DNA of 64,000 bases from NCBI RefSeq assembly GCF_006345805.1, contig NC_042999.1:88660001-88724000 (forward strand). Direction: 5' to 3'. Position 1 is the first letter of the stretch. Every line of letters begins with the position of its first letter. The notes under the pieces were generated by a model. That model worked only from the letters and a program-made list of their open reading frames with translations, was not told where the DNA came from and made no database searches. Shown here piece by piece: positions 12,660-25,859 of the stretch. Source of the stretch: Octopus sinensis. Its lineage: Eukaryota. Position numbers and translations under genes: made by a program.

Positions 12660-14538
12660 TTAACTAGCTAGGCATGCAACCACACAGAATTTGCTCAAAT
12701 GACTAATTAAGCAATTACTGACAGTATATTACTGATGGCAGTGTAGTCGCATAAGACAGTTGTTTCTAAAAGAGTATTTTGCTTTAGTTCACTGTTCAAA
12801 TCTCATCAGGAATATTAATGAATGAAATAAGTACCACTTGTAGATTGAAGCTTAATTAAATTAGCTATCTCCCTTTAGCCAGTGTAACCTTCATTGTACT
12901 GCTCACATATCTGGAATGTTGTAGCTGCAGGTTTTCTAAACTACTATCAAAGTATTGTTATTTAGCCCTGATTCTTACATTAACATGCTATACCTACTAG
13001 CACACAAATGGTGTTGCTTCTTCAATACACTTTACCAACTGTAACTATTATAGATTCAGAATTGTACTTGTTTGGCAAATAACTTGATCAGAGATTGTGT
13101 TGATACTGAAACAATTATATACTTGAAAAGTCATTTAAGAACACAAAATTGTTATCTTCCTATTTGTTTATTTCTTAATAGTACTGTCTTTGTCCTATAT
13201 ATTCTTCCATAGTGATTATTCTGCTAAACTTTCATCCTTTGTACCTTATCTTAAGGTTACAAATTAAGTGGCTCATCTTTCTACTAATTCTCGTTTTCTC
13301 ACTGTTGTTTCCTTTCACACAAATGTTATCTTCTCTAGCAGTTTCTTCCCTCAAACATCTGACTTATACAACTCTTTCTGTCTTCTTTCTTTTTGTTTTC
13401 CTGATAAATGTTATCTTAATTGTTTACAATCTTACTTTGCTTATTTCATGAGTTTAAGAGCAACTTTTTAAGCTGTTTTATTATTTTTTCTCATTTTCTT
13501 TAGAAGATCCAAATGTATTAAGTAATTGCTTGCCTTCTGGTTGGGAGTGGCTTCTAAAATAAAATAAATAGATAACCTATAAAATATCAAAATGTTTGAG
13601 AGTACTTCTGTGATCAGGTCTCTGACACAATTCTACTTGCATTGGAACTGTATCTATGACCAAGTTGCAAAACTGACATCTTTTTGACAATTCATTGTAC
13701 ATGGTAATATTGGAAAATAAATTGAAATGAAGATAACAGCCTTTGATTTTTTTAAACAGCTAAAATGACTCTTTCAAGATCATCATCGTCATCATCATTT
13801 AATGTCTGTTTTCCATACTGGTATGGGTTGGACAGTTTGACAGAATTCAGTGAGCTGCAGGGTTGCACCAAGCTCCAGCGTGAGCTTTGACATGGTTTCT
13901 ACAGTTGGACAATCTTCCTAACACTAACCTCATTACAGTGTGTACTGGGTGCATTTTACATGCCACTAGCATTAGTGAGGTTGCCAAGAGATTTGCATGA
14001 CAGAAGAAGAATGGGGTGAAAGGAAAAGGAACAAACACAAGATGTGAGTGTAAAATAGCTTCTGCTCCTTCAAACTAGTAAAATGGTTACGACTCTTACC
14101 AACAATATGTACTACTTCTCTGCTCATTATTCCTACAATATTTCAACCAATAAATCCTTCAGAAACATTGTGTTTTTTTGTTTCTTGAATGGTACTGAAG
14201 ATTTCCCTCCATGCCTACATTTTATTACATTCATCATGAAACTTGCTGCCTTCTTCTGCCTTTGATAAATTAGGAAAATAACCTGCACAGTAAGAGGTTT
14301 TATTATCTATCTCTTACTATGCTCTGACTGAACAGATATGATATATGATCGAAGATATTCCAGATGTGACAGTTCTGTCTTTTTAATACATCTAGGACTA
14401 TATTATTCAACATCTTTTCCAGTTTTTTATTTTTCAGATAGGGAAATGCTATTTTGGGAGATTTTAATTCTTTTCTTTCAGAGAAAAAAACCATATTGAG
14501 GATTCCTCATTTGCTTTGGTGAAAATTCTACGTCTTCA

Positions 14539-14546
14539 ACTTCTGT

Positions 14547-14577
<31 letters not shown>

Positions 14578-14756
14578 GTTACTACTACTACTACTGTTAC
14601 TACTACTACTACTGTTACTACTACTACTTCTGTTACTACTACTACTACTTCTGTTACTACTACTACTACTACTTCTGTTACTACTACTACTACTACTTCT
14701 GTTACTACTACTTCTGTTACTACTACTACTACTTCTGTTACTACTACTACTTCTGT

Positions 14757-14787
<31 letters not shown>

Positions 14788-15062
14788 GTTACTACTACTA
14801 CTTCTGTTACTACTACTACTTCTGTTACTACTACTACTACTACTACTTCTGTTACTACTACTACTACTACTTCTGTTACTACTACTACTACTTCTGTTAC
14901 TACTACTACTTCTGTTACTACTACTACTTCTGTTACTACTACTACTTCTGTTACTACTACTACTTCTGTTACTACTACTACTACTACTTCTGTTACTACT
15001 ACTATTACTACCTCTGGTACTTCTACTACTTCTTATGTTACTACTACTACTACTACTACTAC
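14539..15062. repeat. Compound (CTA)n array punctuated by CTTCTGTTA
   Basis: Direct reading; source of the 194-aa poly-Leu ORF. Confidence 0.97.
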
Positions 15063-15683
15063 TTCTTTCAATGTTTATCTTCCATACTCAAATGGGGTAG
15101 ACTACTAAACAAGATCTGACTGGTTGGAGAACTGCTTCATGTTCCATTGTCTGCTTTGACAAGATTTCTATGGCTGGATACCCTTCCTAAATGCCAACCA
15201 TTTTACAGAATGTATTGTATGCTTTTTCCATGGCCATAACATCAGTGAGGTTACCATGTAGCTTTCAAGACTAAGAACCCCTTCAACTTAGTGGGGCTAG
15301 AGCAGAGAGGGAGGCAGCTTTATGCTAGTTGATGAAAGGTTAGAGTATGAATAAAGGGGCCAGAACAGAGATACAGAGCCATGCATCTCATCTACATTGC
15401 TCGCATTTTAGGGGAGGTGGTGGGAATGATTAGCTTGGAGCTAGAAAGTGAGATGAAGATGGTTGTGATAAAGTAGCAGGTGAACTCTAGGGCAGGAGAA
15501 CAGGAAGGGTAGATGTGCAGGGGTGGCTAGAACATTTGGATAAAGTGAAAGATAGACAGAGATAGAGTAGCAGTGTGAATTTACTGAAGGATGAATGAAA
15601 AATGAAATAAGAAATTTCATAATATTAGTAATCTGGGAGATTGTTATTATGAGTTCATATGTATACGCATGTGTGTGCATATA

Positions 15684-15884
15684 CTCTTACTTGTTTCAAT
15701 CATGTGACTGTGGCCATGCTGGAGCACCACCTTTAGTCAAACAAATTGACCTCAGCACTTATTCTTTGTAAGCCTAGTACTTATTCTATCGGTCTCTTTT
15801 GCTGAACTGCTAAGTTACGGGGACATAAACACACCAGCATCGGTTACCAAGCAATGTTGGAGGGACAAACAGACACATACATAT

Positions 15885-15931
<47 letters not shown>

Positions 15932-16098
15932 CACGACGGGCTTCTTTCAGTTTCCATCTACCAAATCCACTCACAGGGCTTTGGTTGGCCCAAGGCTATA
16001 GTAGAAGACACTTGCCCAAGGTGCCATGCAGTGGGACTGAACCCAGAACCATGTGGTTGGAAAGCAAGCTACTTACCACACAGCCACTCCTACACCTA
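15684..16098 (-). mobile_element. SINE family B, near full length (CORE-like head, internal microsatellite)
   Basis: Minus strand: tRNA-like head with GGTTCAGTCCC B-box, CACCTTGGGCAAGTGTCTT CORE-like motif, (TA/CA)n, tail ..GATTGAAACAAGTAAGAG. Confidence 0.85.
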
Positions 16099-16570
16099 TA
16101 TGCATTTATGTGCATGTATATCCATGTGTATGAGCATTCATGAGTGTGTATACATGTCCATATACATGCATGTGTAGGAATATTTTTATGTTATTTTTTC
16201 TTTGATATAATGCAAAACCTTGAGATTCAAACACCATCATCATCTACAAAAGGCAAACTATACATGTTGATCATTATTTATATTATTTTTACTACCCTAA
16301 CTTCTATTCAATACATTCTCATTACTCAGGAATATTTCTAGGCATTTAATGAACTGCTTTGATGAGATTAATAAAACCGAAAACTGAAATATATTTTATT
16401 GTTATCATAAAGCTGTAATCAATTCTGATTTTCAAGTCATCAGAGTCAATAAAATATAGACCAGATTCAATATATATATATATAGAAATATCAATATAAG
16501 CATCAGGTGCAGGCATAGGAATGGGGTTAAGAAGTTTGCATTACAGCTACACGATACCAGGGTATATATG

Positions 16571-16609
<39 letters not shown>

Positions 16610-16774
16610 TATATATATATACATATCAGGCTAAGTAAAAAGTAAGCAACATTTTGAACCACTTAGGGAATTTTCACCTATTGCAGGGTTTTTTGGAATG
16701 TAACACCTACGATAGTCAAGGGATTACTGTATATACATATGTAAGTGTGTGCATGTATGTATATATATATATAT

Positions 16775-17412
16775 GCTAAGACCCGGCAGGACAAGTGAGT
16801 CCACAACCCGTGGCCTTCTACATGGGATGGAGCCAGCCTACGTATGCATACCTTCCCTTCTTGGGACACAAAACTCTACTTGTGAAGACGTGTTGAGGCA
16901 AGTGAGGATCAGAATCGAAATCGATCAATGGAAATTGCAGATGTGCTACCAGTGCCGGTGGCATGTCGAAACTCTGCTTGTGAAGACCCATTGAGGCAAG
17001 TGAGGATCAGAATCGAAATCGATCAATGGAAATCGATCAATGGAAATTGCAGATGTGTTACCAGTGCCGGTGGCATGTAAGAGAACTTTCCGTTTCGCGA
17101 CCGTTGCCAGCACCGCCCCGTTTCGTGTCCGTTGCCAGCCTCGCCTGGCCCTCGTGCCAGTGGCACATAAAAAGCACCATCCGTTCGTGGCCGTTTGCCA
17201 GCTCTGTCTGGCACCAGTGCGGGTGGCACGTAAAAAGCACCCACTACACTCACGGAGTGGTTGGCGTTAGGAAGGGCATCCAGCCGTAGAAACACTGCCA
17301 GATTTGACTGGGCCTGATGAAGCCTTCTGGCTTCACAGACCCCAGTAGAACCGTCCAACCCATGCTAGCATGGAAAACGGACGCTAAATGATGATGATGA
17401 TGATGATGATGA
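16775..17412 (+). mobile_element. Long form of family D with internal tandem modules
   Basis: ~95-bp internal direct repeat, repeated GTGGCA..TAAAAAGCACC modules, RTE-type (GAT)n tail. Confidence 0.8.
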
Positions 17413-17559
17413 TCTATGTGTTTTTGTTTGTCCTTCACTACCACTTGACAACCAGTGTTTGTTTATGTTCCCCATAATTTAACGGCTTGTTAAAAAGAGA
17501 CAGATACACTAAATAACCATATTTTAACATGTATAAGGAACCCTTGTGTATAAGTAATC

Positions 17560-17885
17560 CCCTAATTTTGGGGGCTTAAAATTTAGAAAAAAGGTTTTGT
17601 AAGAGGTTAGGTAAATTTTGGTAAATGCTCCCATGTTTGCACTGGCTCCTGTGCCGGTGACACATAAAAAGTACCATACAAATGTGGCCAATGCCAGTGG
17701 TAGGTAAAAAGCACCCACTATACTCTCAGAATGATTCGTGTTAGGAAGGGCATCCAGCTGTAGAAACTTTGCCAGATCAGATTGGAGTCTGGTGCAATCT
17801 CCTGGCTTGCCAGTCTCCAATCAAACCATCCAACCCATGCCAGCATGGAAAACGGGTGTTCAACGATAATGATGATGACGATGAT
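17560..17885 (+). mobile_element. Family D element
   Basis: Core motifs and (GAT)n tail. Confidence 0.7.
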
Positions 17886-19793
17886 GATATATACACACAC
17901 ACACACACACACAATGGACCTCTTTCAGTTTCCATCTACCAAATCCATTCATAAGGTTTTGGTCAGACTGGAGCTATAGAGAGAGACATCATGGTGCAAT
18001 GTAGTTGGACCAGAAAGACAGACAGACAGACAGATAGATAGACAGATAACTAGATTAGATATGTCTGTGCATATGTGTGCACACATTCATATACACAAAG
18101 ACACAAATGGGCATTGGCCTTTCACACAGGGACAGAAGTAAACAACACACACCAAGCAAAAAAAAAAAGAAAGAAAAAAGGATGACATATTATACTAAAC
18201 TAAGATTAAAGTCAAGCTCGTCAGATGTGATCTTTACATGAACTCACAACCCTTAAAACATGGACTGGGCCCAATAAGTGTTTTAAGGGATATGAGTTCG
18301 ATAAAAGGTTATATCTATGGAGATTGTCATCAATTTTGATCTTATTAAAGACACTCAACAAGTGGAAAGCATGAAAGCACTTGGACTGCCTCAAACAAGG
18401 AAACAAGCACTGCTGAGGTACAATGTTTTGTCCTTATTTTTTCTCTTTGTATAGAAAAGACTGTTCTTAACTGATCACAGAAATTAAGCAATATTGGGCA
18501 TTAGTTCCCTTTTGGGAAACTTAGATGCTGTAAGTACAACCTGCTGTTGGCAGCATGAAGACCATCCAGCTGTAGAAGATCTGTCTCAGTGAATTCTATG
18601 TGATACATGCAAGCATGGGAAAGTTTGTTAAAACACTGATGAAGATGATGAAGGTTATGATGATGATGTGTGTGTGTGTGTGTTTATATGTGTTTCATCA
18701 AGAAACCCCAAAACATTAGCACTATATGAATGATGTACATCACTGCGATATTTTTTATGTATTAGATAGACACTCCCTTGTCACTCTTGCTGTCAGAAAT
18801 GCAGTGAACCAGTGATTGGCTTGTTGGGAATCTATAATCAATGATGCTATTGTTCATCAAATATAATATAAAATGAATAAAGAAATAATAAAGAAATAAA
18901 TTAACCCTTCACAACAGACAACACACACACAAAAAATATTATTTTGTAACAAAAAAAATCATTATTTTGCAATTTCTTATCATTCCACATTTCATTTAAT
19001 ATAATTTAGTTTATTAAAGGTTGGGGTTAGAGTTAGTGAAGCAAGTTAGGTCAGGGATGGGCTGAGTCAATAGAGCATCATGTTAAATGTATTACAGTAT
19101 TTAGTTTTGTTACTCTAAATGCTGAGTTCTAATCCTTTATTAATAACTACATCTTTTGTTGAGTTGATAAGATGTATCCCAGTCCCATAAATAAAATACT
19201 AGTAATATACTCTGGTCAGCTCTATACAGTAATATGCTTATGAAAAATAAACTGATGTATTCATATCATCATCATGAGAGAGGGCCAAGATATGTGGCAC
19301 ATTGCTATACACAAGAAGATCTGCCCATCACAACAGAATTGACATCTTAAGTGTGGTGGCAGGGTAACTGGAATGCCACCCTGTGATTTTTTAAAAATCA
19401 AAGTGTCAAGTAAAAAGCATTGGTACTGGTTCTGGTGCCATGTAAAAGCACTGGTGCCCATGCCATGTAAAAATCACTGGTGATAGTGCCATGTAAAAAG
19501 CACCTATGCTAAAACAGACTTTGGAACATGGTGCAACCACTGGTCTTGCCAGTTCCTATCAAGCCATCCAGCCTATAGCAGCTTGGAAAATGGATATTCT
19601 TTTCTACTCTAGGCACAAGGCCCGAAATTTTGGGGGGAGGGGGGGCAGTATATTTGATCAACTGCAGTATGCAACTGGTGCTTAATTCATCGACCCCGAA
19701 TGGATGAAAGGCAAAGCCGATCTCGGTGGAATTTGAACTCAGAATGTAAAGAAATATTGCAAAGCATTTCGCCAAGTGTGCTAACGTTTCTAA

Positions 19794-20022
19794 TTTCTTT
19801 ACAGCCCACAAGGGGCTACACACAGAGGGGACAAACAAGGACAGACAAACAGATTAAGTCGATTATATCGACCCCAGTGTGTAACTGGTACTTATTTAAT
19901 CGACCCCAAAAGGATGAAAAGCAAAGTCGACCTCAGCAGAATTTGAACTCAGAATGTAGCAGCAGACGAAATACTGCTAAGCATTTCGCTTGGCATGCTA
20001 ACACTTCTGCCAGCTCGCCGCC
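19794..20022 (-). mobile_element. SINE family A, full length
   Basis: GGCGGCGAGCTGGCAGAAGTG A-box-like head, GAGTTCAAATTC B-box, tail TTGTCCCCTCTGTGTGTAGCCCCTTGTGGGC..AAAGAAA. Confidence 0.88.
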
Positions 20023-22249
20023 TTTCGAAAATGGATATTAAGTGATGATGGTGATCATCATCATCATTATCATCATTTTACATTCATTTTTCCCTTACTG
20101 TCATGGATTGGATGTGCTAGACAGTGGCTTGTTACATATTGTGGTTCTTCATCCTCTAATTTACACATTCTCTAGCTTACAACAAAGATAAAACTGCTCA
20201 AAGCATATTATTTTTGGCAGAGTTTTTATGGCTAAATGCCATCCTTACCTATTAGAAAACACTGTATCACATGGACTTGAAGCATTTTAATCTTCATATA
20301 TACAAACACACACATATATATATATACATATATATATTGGGGCTCAGTCCTCTATGAGGAATCTTGGGTAAGTGTTTTCTACTGTAGCCCTGGGTTAAAT
20401 AATGCTTTGTGTATGAATTGAGTACATGGAGACTGTTCAAAGCCCATTGAATATTGTCATCATCATCATCGTCGACATCATCATCCTTGTCGTTGTTGTT
20501 GTTGTCATCATCATTGCTATCATTATTCTACATCTGCTCTCTATGCTGGTAAGGGAAGGATAGATCATCAGGGTTGAAATCAACACATACTCAAGACATA
20601 CTGCTAACCAACGCAGATTAGTGGATCACATTTTGCCCACATTTCAGTTTTGGTTTGCTTTTTACAGCTGGATGTTCTTCCAAACTCTTTAAAGAATAAA
20701 AAGCATGAATGATAGAAGAGAAACAGGTAGTTATGAGAGATGTGCGATATGAGATGGAATATTAAGAGTATTCATTACTCTAGGATAGCTAAGTATAGTT
20801 AAGACAGTATATCTGAAATGGTTGGTAGATGACAGAAGTTGTCATTACTTGGAGATGGAGCAATGAAAGTGACCCAGGATACGTGGGGGAAAAAGAGCAA
20901 GAGTAAGATTGTAGACAGATTAAAACAGTATGTGAAATGCACAAAAGCATGAAAGTGTAAATGTAGAGTGAACTGGGCACAAATGATTGGGGTCTATTTT
21001 GCAAGTTCTCTTAGTATAAGCACTTATTGCTCTTGTGCACCTGCAACTTATGAAGTATAACTTCTACAAAATACGTGTGTGTGTGTTCTGTTTTTAATCA
21101 TTTAAATTCTTCCTCTGAAGAAAAAGCTGGTCTCTAACAAAGATACAAAGCTCCATTATTGGAATGTAGATAACGTAAACAATGCATGCATGCATGTATG
21201 TATGCATGTGTGTGTGTATATGTGTGTATCTATGTATGTTTAGTATGTATATATACTTTATTTATGGGATAACCAGACTACCCTTAGTTTTATGTTAATA
21301 GCTATATCTCTCAACAGTCAGTTAACTCTGCTACATGGGACATTGGTGTTCATCACCATCTTGTTTTTAGTGAAGATAGAGACAAACACTAACGTCCCAT
21401 GTGACAGACTTGAATAATTGTTGAGAGATATCTCTCTCAAGATGAAACAAATGGTAGTTTGGTTATCTCATAAATAAAGAATATTTATTCAATAATGCTG
21501 AGCGTTTGTTCCCGCTGTTCATAATTAACATTTGTATGTGTGTAGTCACCAGCATAGAAGGCGGACATTAAATGATGATGAATCAATTTAAATAAATGAA
21601 TAATAGAATTAAAAGACAGTAGGAGGACATGCACAAGGAATGTAGTAGTTTGACTCTTGGTAAAAGAAGAGAGTTTGACATTTCTAGCATAGCTCTTCAT
21701 CAGAAAGGAGAAAGGGAAAAATTCAAAGAAGGAAAAGAAATCACCAACAGCACAAGTAATTACACTGTATATGTTTGGTTGTATTGCTTTCAGGTCAAAT
21801 CAAATATGCTTGGGACAGCCTTTTGTAATCTTTTCAAGAAATGCCTCATTTTTCCTCATCTGCCCTGACCATGTGGCATATGGCCAGCTTCCATAAGCCA
21901 TCACCACAGCTGGAATACAATGATACACAGGAACCAATTTGGAAAATTGAGCAACATGACAAAACAGTCTGAGCTGATGTTCCTAGAAGCATACAAGCAA
22001 CAGATCACATTCTTGTTTCTGAGAACATTCATTGGTTGGATATAAAATTTGGCCCTTGGTAACCCATAGTCCTGCAAAGTGTCCTGATACTGCAGGAGTC
22101 CATGGGTCTTCTAAGGGCCCCAGACGGTATCAAGTCTTGCTACAACAGAGCAAGACAGGAAGGTCCAGAGACTTGAACCTTTGTCCTTTTGCTCAGATAT
22201 TGACAGCACCAATCACCATTGCCCATTGAGTCCAAAACTGTGCCAGCAT

Positions 22250-22620
22250 GTCCAAGTCACTTTAAGACTTTGGATGCACAGCTAATGCTTTTATGGATCC
22301 CACTACAAAGATAAATGAAGCAGTCAACATTGACATTCTCATCTGCTACCAAGACAAACAAAATGACATTCAACACCTCTAAATCAGTTGGAGCAAGGTT
22401 TTTTCAGCAAAAATATTTTCATGGACATCAAAGACTTCCTAAGCATATTCTATATGGAAATTGTGTTCTAGAAAAAGACTTCCTTACAAACCAAAATCAA
22501 GGTGCAAGGACTGACTAGTTGAAAAAAAGATAATATTTATGTATGAGGTTGAGAAATAACTGGAGTTCTTAAGACATCAAGTGGGTAAAACATTGATTGT
22601 GTCCTTACATTTTGAAGAGA
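22250..22620 (+). pseudogene. Possible degenerate RTE-clade ORF C-terminus
   Basis: HQRLPKHILYG resembles the RTE/BovB RLPKxxLYG motif; otherwise heavily decayed. Confidence 0.35.
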
Positions 22621-23049
22621 ATCATATTAGATACCGAAAATTAAAATGAAACTCAAGGAAAGGAAATCACATTGATTTCCATAATTCCTTCAAGTATATC
22701 CACCCTATTACAAATATTGTCTATCTAAGGCCAATTTTTATTAGTCATTCTAGGATACATAAATAAAGCAAGTTAATAATAGATCTTTGCTAGCTGAAAC
22801 GGCTAGTCATGGGAAAAAAATTATGATGAGTGAAATTATACATATCTGAACATAATGTGAAACATGATTCTGCAATGCTTTTAGCTAAAGAGAAAATTTA
22901 ATATGGCAGTTGTAGCAAAAGCTAATGATCATCAACAGGACTAAAACGTTATCTTTGCTTCACAACTACATAGTTTTGGGTTCAGTCCACTTGTATAACA
23001 CCATGTACAACAGCCCAACAGCCTTGGGCTGACAATTGCCTTGCGAGGA

Positions 23050-24365
23050 AGCTAGGCATATATGTATGTATTCATATGTGTGTGTGTGTATGTATATATA
23101 TATATATATATATAAAATGCAAAATGGGAACTCAAAACATCTGGACAGCTAGGTGATACAAAAAGGGACAACAAAACATCTAAATAGACGATACAAAGAC
23201 AACAAGGACGGGTCATTCGAAGTTTTCTTTCCTCGGTCAAGTACCAGATTTTCTTCGCAATATCGGCTGATTATTCTTGAGATTGCTCCAATATGGCCAT
23301 CCCCAAGGAAAAACTAAGTTAAGAGCATTAGATTCCTTGGAAGAAAGCAGCGAATGTATACAGAAACAAAGACGGAAAAAACGGAAAATGTTACACAAAT
23401 ATAAATACAATAAAAATAATAACAGGATATAATAACAGGTGTCTTTCGACTAAGGATGAATTGAATTAAGCTGGCGTGTGTGGAAATGAAGCGGAAAAAG
23501 GGTTCGAAATTTTGAAAATTAAGGCAAGATTTTTGAAGTCGAAAAAATTTCTCATTTTTATGTATTTTTGCCTTTTATTTTTTATTGTTTACAGATTTCA
23601 TTTTTTCTGAAAGAAATTTACAGCTGCATGTAGCCCGTGTTTATTTGCATGGTCAATCGTCGAAAAATAAGTACTAAATTTAACAAAGAAATCCTTTTTT
23701 TCCTTATTTTTAATCGTTCAAATAGTGGAACGTACAAAAGGCAAGTGTGCTTTCCGTTGTCATTGCCTGGTATTTATGATTGAGCTTTCAAAATATTTTC
23801 TTTCCCAACTTACTGAAGATCTTTTGCTTTTTATAAATGGGAGAGAAATAGATAGAGAAAAATAGAGAGTAAGAGAAAGCTAGGGACAGTCTGAGAGAAA
23901 TGAAGTGTAAGAGAGTGGGAAAGTAAGAGAGAAACAAAGAGGGAGAATGTGGCGATAAGAAACAAAGGAACCAACAGAAAGTAACAACCACACCCTCACC
24001 CGCGCGTAGATCGGGTCGCCATAAGCTAGCATATATATATATAAATACAAAATGGGACAAGAACTCAAAACATCCGGACATCTAGGTGATACAAAATGAG
24101 ATAACAAAACATCCAGACAGACGATACAAAGAAAACAAGGATGGGTCATTGATCTTTCAAAATAAGTTAAGAGCATTAGATTCCTAGGAAGAAAGTAGCG
24201 AATGTATACAAAAACAAGAACGGAAAAAAAAACGGACAATGTTACACAAATATAAATACAATAAAAAAATACAATAAAAATAATAACAGGATATAATAAC
24301 AGGTGTCTTTCGGCTAAGGACGAATTGAATTAAGCTAGCGCGTGTGAAAATGAAGTGGGTTCGAA
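23050..24365. repeat. Two direct copies of an unclassified interspersed repeat
   Basis: ~23050-23520 and ~24023-24365 share AAGCTAG(G)CATATAT..GAACTCAAAACATC..GAGCATTAGATTCC..TTAAGCT; copy 2 lacks a ~100-bp internal segment. Confidence 0.8.
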
Positions 24366-24921
24366 TTGACATGAAAAAACGTAACGTATATTGAATGTAA
24401 AAACGAATGGAAGACAAATACAAGGTCCATATTTCTTCAGTTATTGACCAATTGGTACTGTTTGGTTTCACACCTTTAATGATAAAACTGAGTGCTTCCC
24501 AATTGGTGGTGCACGCGAGAAAAGTTTTCTTGCATAGAATTAAGGACAAGAACAAACAAAACAAACAAAACGACATAGAGTGTGATTTAGGATGGTGGAC
24601 GAACATGAACAGTTGAACAAAATATAGCCTTGGGGCCAAGGAGACGAGAATAGTGGGTAACGCTTAGAAAATGTATCTAAGGATGGAGAATGGAGATAGT
24701 TTGCAAATGGTCAGCTAAGAGACCTGTCTAAGAAAGGATGAAAAATGGGAACTGGCCACGTGACAGCAGCAGGCTGAGGAGAAAGACAGTAATACTGCGT
24801 TGATGGTAATACTGCATTCAAAAATATCACTTCTTTGTCTATCATACAACACACATGCGGCACTTCTAAAAAGACAAATGTAAGCCTGTTTATATATACA
24901 TGTGGTTTATATATATATATA

Positions 24922-25310
24922 AGTTTTAGAGACAGAACCACCTTCTACTCAATCAACACTGAAAGATTTTATATCCGACCACTCCATAAAATGTTAAATA
25001 TTAAATATTATACTACCTATATCTATTCTGAATCCCGTATTTTCCGTTTATAAGACTACACTATTTCATGAAAGTACGTCGGTATTGATTAGATACGAGG
25101 TATCTAGTTTCAATACTTAATCGGGTCGACATACTCCCAATCTTCAGGTCTGGATTCCTCAACATTTTTCACTACCTCCACCTTTTATATACCTCCATGA
25201 TACTCTATATCTTCAATATAATCTTCTTTAACAGATACAAATGAATTGAAATACCAACAATAAATAAAATTAATAACTGAATATTAAAAATTTAAGGAAT
25301 AAAAATTCAA
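24922..25310 (-). mobile_element. Left arm of a ~390-bp long inverted repeat (HHR-bearing, Penelope-like)
   Basis: Reverse complement of 31245-31624; the ORF track shows the same peptide SFRDRTTF.SINTERFY on opposite strands. Confidence 0.9.
25053..25151 (-). ncRNA. Type I hammerhead ribozyme candidate with long stem II
   Basis: AGAC-CUGAAGA-U-[13-bp stem UGGGAGUAUGUCG/CGACGUACUUUCA plus inner hairpins]-U-GAAA-UAGU-GUA-GUCU. Confidence 0.6.
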
Positions 25311-25570
25311 GGAATAAAAATTCCAGGAATAAAATTTAAGGAATAAAATTCAAGGAATAAACATTTAAGGAATAAAAATTTAAGGAGTAAAAATTCAAGG
25401 AATAAAAATTCAAGGAATAAACATTTAAGGAATAAAAATTTAAGGAGTAAAAATTCAAGGAATAAACGTTTAAGGAATAAAATTCAAGGAATAAAAATTT
25501 AAGGAATAAAAATTTAAGGAGTAAAAATGCAAGGAATAGACAAGGAATAGACATTTAAGGAGTTTAAGGA
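25290..25570. repeat. 14-15-bp minisatellite (TTAAGGAATAAAAAT variants)
   Basis: About 18-20 tandem units; a ~45-bp trimer recurs; a few units appear inverted at ~31225-31265. Confidence 0.92.
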
Positions 25571-25859
25571 AAAAATTTAAAGAGAAAAAAATACGAGTAA
25601 AAATTACGAATAACGAATAAAGAATTGCGAATAAACAAATACGAAATAAAAATGAAAAATAATGAAACAACAATGAAATAATAATGAAATAAGAATAGAG
25701 ACGAAAATAAAACGAATCTTAACTTATCTTTTCTTTCCTCGGCGAAAATTAGACATAGCTACATCTTGCAACTAAGGTAAAATCCGCGTTTGATAATACC
25801 TATGTACAAGAGGTGCTACAAATAAATGTCAAAAAGTTCTACTGGTGTCTATTCCTTTA

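Noticed and set aside
14516-15100. 194-aa poly-Leu ORF
   Set aside because: Translation of a (CTA)n-based array with a GTG start; no coding complexity.
16775-16860. HDV-like ribozyme at the 5' end of the RTE-related long element
   Set aside because: I could not place P1/P3/L3 and the catalytic C in a nested double pseudoknot.
23195-23250. Minus-strand CCGAGGA-AAG..CUUC-GAAU..GUC as a hammerhead
   Set aside because: U4 and A15.1 are altered and no stem I complement exists.
25290-25570. Regular short repeats as a possible CRISPR array
   Set aside because: The units are contiguous with no unique spacers, the context is eukaryotic and no cas genes are present.
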